DNA of 64,000 nucleotides from Azolla caroliniana (Eukaryota; Plantae; Polypodiophyta), in assembly GCA_043228905.1 (NCBI GenBank), contig JBHGNT010000007.1, positions 19,530,001 to 19,594,000 on the forward strand, in the 5' to 3' direction. Positions within the stretch are counted from its first letter, which is position 1. The number at the start of each line of letters is the position of its first letter. The notes beneath the pieces are model-generated. The model was not told the DNA's origin and made no database searches. It was given only the letters and a program-made list of their open reading frames with translations. This document shows, piece after piece, positions 60,814 through 64,000 of this stretch. The translations under genes and the position numbers were made by a program.

Positions 60814-62850
60814 ATGACTACTCTCTATTACCTTCTATTTCTCTTGTCCTCTCTTGGACTGCTACGAACCTCGGATTCTTGCACGAGAGAAGAAGCTGAT
60901 GCCCTTCTCCGGTTTATGAATGTAGTGAACACAACATCTCTCAAGAAGGGTTGGGGTTTAAGCAACAGCAATGGGAGCTGTTGTGATTGGGAAGGTGTGA
61001 TTTGTGATGCTATTTCTGCACAGATTGTAGGCATTTCTCTCTCCAGCAAAGGTCTATATGGGAGGTTATCTCAAGGATTAGCCGACATTCCATCTCTTCA
61101 AGTTCTCAATGTTTCTAATAATCACTTTTATGGGCCTCTCCCACAAGACCTCTCAACACTCTCATCCCTTCACACTCTTGATGTCAGTAACAACAGTTTT
61201 TCAGGCCAGCTCGCTGATGTATTAGTGAATTTCAGCTCTTTGCAAGTGCTTAACCTCTCTATCAATGGCTTCAATGGTAGCTTGCCTCCCTCTTCTTTAA
61301 GGAATTTGAACCTCTTGAGGCTATTCCTGGCTAAGAGAAATGATTTAAGTGGAGATTTGCCACTCACCCTATGCCAAACTGCCCCACTCCTTCAAGAGAT
61401 GGATCTGTCCTTGAACAACTTCTCAGGAACAATCTCAAAAGGTCTTGGACTTTGTGGCTCTCTCCAAGTATTAGATCTTGGCTACAACTACTTGGTGGGT
61501 AATCTACCCCAAGATCTTTACAACCTAACCTCATTAATAATGCTTCGCCTCACACGTAACGGATTCGATGGCGAACTAGATAATGCTATTGGGAACCTAA
61601 TCAATCTCTCTCGTTTAATGTTGGGTTCGAACAACTTCACTGGACAACTTCCCTCAAACCTCTCCTCATGTACGAACCTCAAGGTATTCATCGCGAATGG
61701 AAACAAGTTCAATGGTTCATTGGATGCTGTCCGATTCAATCAATTCCCGATGCTAGAGAACCTTGATCTCAATAGCAATGCTTTTGTCGGCCCAATCCCA
61801 TCCTCATTAACTAACTGTCCAGCGCTCCAGAGCATAAACTTTATGAGCAACAAACTTTCAGGGGAGATCCCATCTTCTTTGTATCAATTGAAGAACCTAA
61901 CCACGCTCTTGCTATCAAGCAACAACCTTAACGGCAGCATAAGATCACTTGATGGGAGTGAACACCTAGTCAAAGTGATCTTATCCATGAATGTGTTCAA
62001 TGAGGCACTACCCAATACCATGCAAGGGTTCATTAATCTACAATTTCTCTCTCTCAATAACATTGGCGTATCTGGTTTGATTCCTAAGTGGTTAAAGGAT
62101 AGTAAAAAATTACAAGTGCTTGACCTCTCAAGGAACAAACTAACCGGATCAATCCCCCCATGGATTGGCTCTTTTCCTCATCTTTTCTACCTAGATTTAT
62201 CCAACAACTCATTGTCCGGAAGTATACCGCATGAATTATTCTTGTTGCCCGCATTGATAAGTGTTGATAACAACCTAACTGGATTGCAATCGGTGGTTAT
62301 CAACCTTGACATAAAGCAAACACTCTACTTCCCATACTTAGAACTTTCTACGTCCTCTATTAACCTCTTTCACAATCTCCTTGAAGGGTCTATACCTTCA
62401 GAAGTCGGTGCTTTGGCCAATCTTCAAGAGATGAATTTGAGTTTCAACAATTTGTCGGGAAACATCCCAGAGATGATGGCCAATATGACTGATCTACAAT
62501 TGCTCGATTTATCACGCAACTCTCTCACTGGCAAAATACCTTTGTCATTGATGAAGCTCACTAATCTTGGTCAATTCAATGTTTCATACAATCAACTAGA
62601 GGGTATAATACCTCTCGGCAATGGATTCTCGAGGTTTTCTAACCAAAGTTATGAAGGAAACCCAGGATTGTGTGGTGCCCCTTTACCTTTTCCATGTGAG
62701 AATGATGTCAAACCCAACTCCTCTTCAAGTAGGAGAAAAAGCCCTATTATAGCCACTGATATTCTTGAGCCAATTGGTGTGGTTATTGGTTATGTTGGAG
62801 TGTTAGTGGGTTGGTTAACTTGGAAGCTTACTAGGAGAAAGATTGGATAA
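60814..62850 (+). CDS. LRR receptor-like protein, copy 2
   Basis: 678-aa intronless ORF, close paralogue of 19639-21777 with the same architecture. Confidence 0.93.
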   Translation: MTTLYYLLFLLSSLGLLRTSDSCTREEADALLRFMNVVNTTSLKKGWGLSNSNGSCCDWEGVICDAISAQIVGISLSSKGLYGRLSQGLADIPSLQVLNVSNNHFYGPLPQDLSTLSSLHTLDVSNNSFSGQLADVLVNFSSLQVLNLSINGFNGSLPPSSLRNLNLLRLFLAKRNDLSGDLPLTLCQTAPLLQEMDLSLNNFSGTISKGLGLCGSLQVLDLGYNYLVGNLPQDLYNLTSLIMLRLTRNGFDGELDNAIGNLINLSRLMLGSNNFTGQLPSNLSSCTNLKVFIANGNKFNGSLDAVRFNQFPMLENLDLNSNAFVGPIPSSLTNCPALQSINFMSNKLSGEIPSSLYQLKNLTTLLLSSNNLNGSIRSLDGSEHLVKVILSMNVFNEALPNTMQGFINLQFLSLNNIGVSGLIPKWLKDSKKLQVLDLSRNKLTGSIPPWIGSFPHLFYLDLSNNSLSGSIPHELFLLPALISVDNNLTGLQSVVINLDIKQTLYFPYLELSTSSINLFHNLLEGSIPSEVGALANLQEMNLSFNNLSGNIPEMMANMTDLQLLDLSRNSLTGKIPLSLMKLTNLGQFNVSYNQLEGIIPLGNGFSRFSNQSYEGNPGLCGAPLPFPCENDVKPNSSSSRRKSPIIATDILEPIGVVIGYVGVLVGWLTWKLTRRKIG

Positions 62851-63724
62851 GATTGGGCTAGAGAATGTCTCAATGTCTCCTTTATCTTCACTAAGATGAT
62901 GAATCTTTAGGGATGGAGGAGAAAAAAGATCCATCCAAATTTAGACTTCTCTTTTTTTAATGGCCATAAAGGACATCCAAAGTTGAGTGATGCTTGTTTA
63001 AGCAAACCTTTTGTGATTTCTACATAACAAACTACATTCTACAAGTGCTTGGATTTTCTTTTTTCTGTACACATTGTATAAACATCAGTAATTCATGTTT
63101 TGTGCTTTCTTTCCTAGTTGTAAGAAAGAATGATATGCCAAATTCTTTTGTTTTATTGCTTAATTCTAATATGTTGTGCTCATAAATATTCATGTTATTT
63201 ACATACATATATACATACTGATACATATATGTATATATATACATACATACATATACACACACAAACATACTTGTATATGCATATACATATACGTATGTAT
63301 GTATTTATGCATGTAACGTATGATCACATCAACATGGTTTAATTCCGAAAGTGAAAAGCAAATTTAGGTCCACTAAAGAAGGGTCCTAGAGTCTTAATAC
63401 ATTATCCAGAACAACATTTCAAAGCATTGAAAAAAAGTCAAATCATTTCATAAGACTGTGTACCATTCCTTAAGAGTGAAGAAGACCTTCAAAAGCATGT
63501 CTTTCATCATCATCATCAATATTATCATACATAAGTAACTAGCTTTTCTTCAATATCTTCCACCTCAATTGACTAGCATTTTTTTTCCACCTCTCTCACA
63601 TCCATATATCACCACCACCATTACTACTCATCTTATCTAGTTTCAGCACTAGAAGAAGATGTAAACATGTTCAAACTACTTCTTTGCATTCATCTACTTT
63701 AAGCACAGCTACAATCCCATCACC

Positions 63725-64000
63725 ATGACTACTCTCTATTACCTTCTATTTCTCCTGTTCTCTCTTGGACTGCTACGAACCTCGGATTCTTGCACGAGAG
63801 AAGAAGCCGATGCCCTTCTCCGGTTTATGAATGCTGTGAACAAAACCTCTCTCAAGAAGGGTTGGGGTTTAAGCAACAGCAATGGGAGCTGTTGTGATTG
63901 GGAAGGTGTGATTTGTGATGCTACTTCTGCACAGATTGTGGGCATTTCTCTCTCCAGCAAAGGTCTTCGTGGGAGGTTATCTCAAGGATTAGCCGACATT
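63725..64000 (+). CDS. LRR receptor-like protein, copy 3 (5' part, runs off the window)
   Basis: ATGACTACTCTCTATTAC... near-identical to the start of copy 2. Upstream ~450 bp also duplicated (period ~2911 bp). Confidence 0.9.
   Translation, partial: MTTLYYLLFLLFSLGLLRTSDSCTREEADALLRFMNAVNKTSLKKGWGLSNSNGSCCDWEGVICDATSAQIVGISLSSKGLRGRLSQGLADI

Overview
Eukaryotic plant DNA, AT-rich and dense in transposable elements (TEs). The TE repertoire (Tcn1-type chromovirus, tRNA-Trp-primed Gypsy, Sola2-like DDD transposon) suggests a non-seed plant such as a fern or lycophyte; this is an inference. The only intact host genes are a cluster of intronless PSKR-ectodomain-like LRR receptor-like proteins without a kinase (19639-21777, 60814-62850, and a third starting at 63725). 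Positions 1-18 kb are a pile of decayed Gypsy/Copia elements and hAT-type MITEs. Between the first two RLP copies lie a full-length hAT (26078-32021) and a 25-kb nest resolved by target-site duplications (TSDs). A non-coding LTR element (32635-57685) has its left LTR split by a hAT (32956-49318) that carries a captured VTI1 SNARE fragment. That hAT contains a 10.7-kb TIR element (33941-44648), which in turn contains a solo LTR. The right LTR is split by a self-priming Tcn1-like chromovirus (52283-57598). The standout is the 10.7-kb Sola2-like element. It holds a DDD transposase facing a spliced accessory gene (unknown domain plus RING-like finger) and a degenerate FCP1/NIF-like ORF. Three of its introns are filled with minisatellites (two with the AGCTAATTAGCT palindrome, one with AAACCCTA), and an 83-bp tandem array sits upstream of the transposase.
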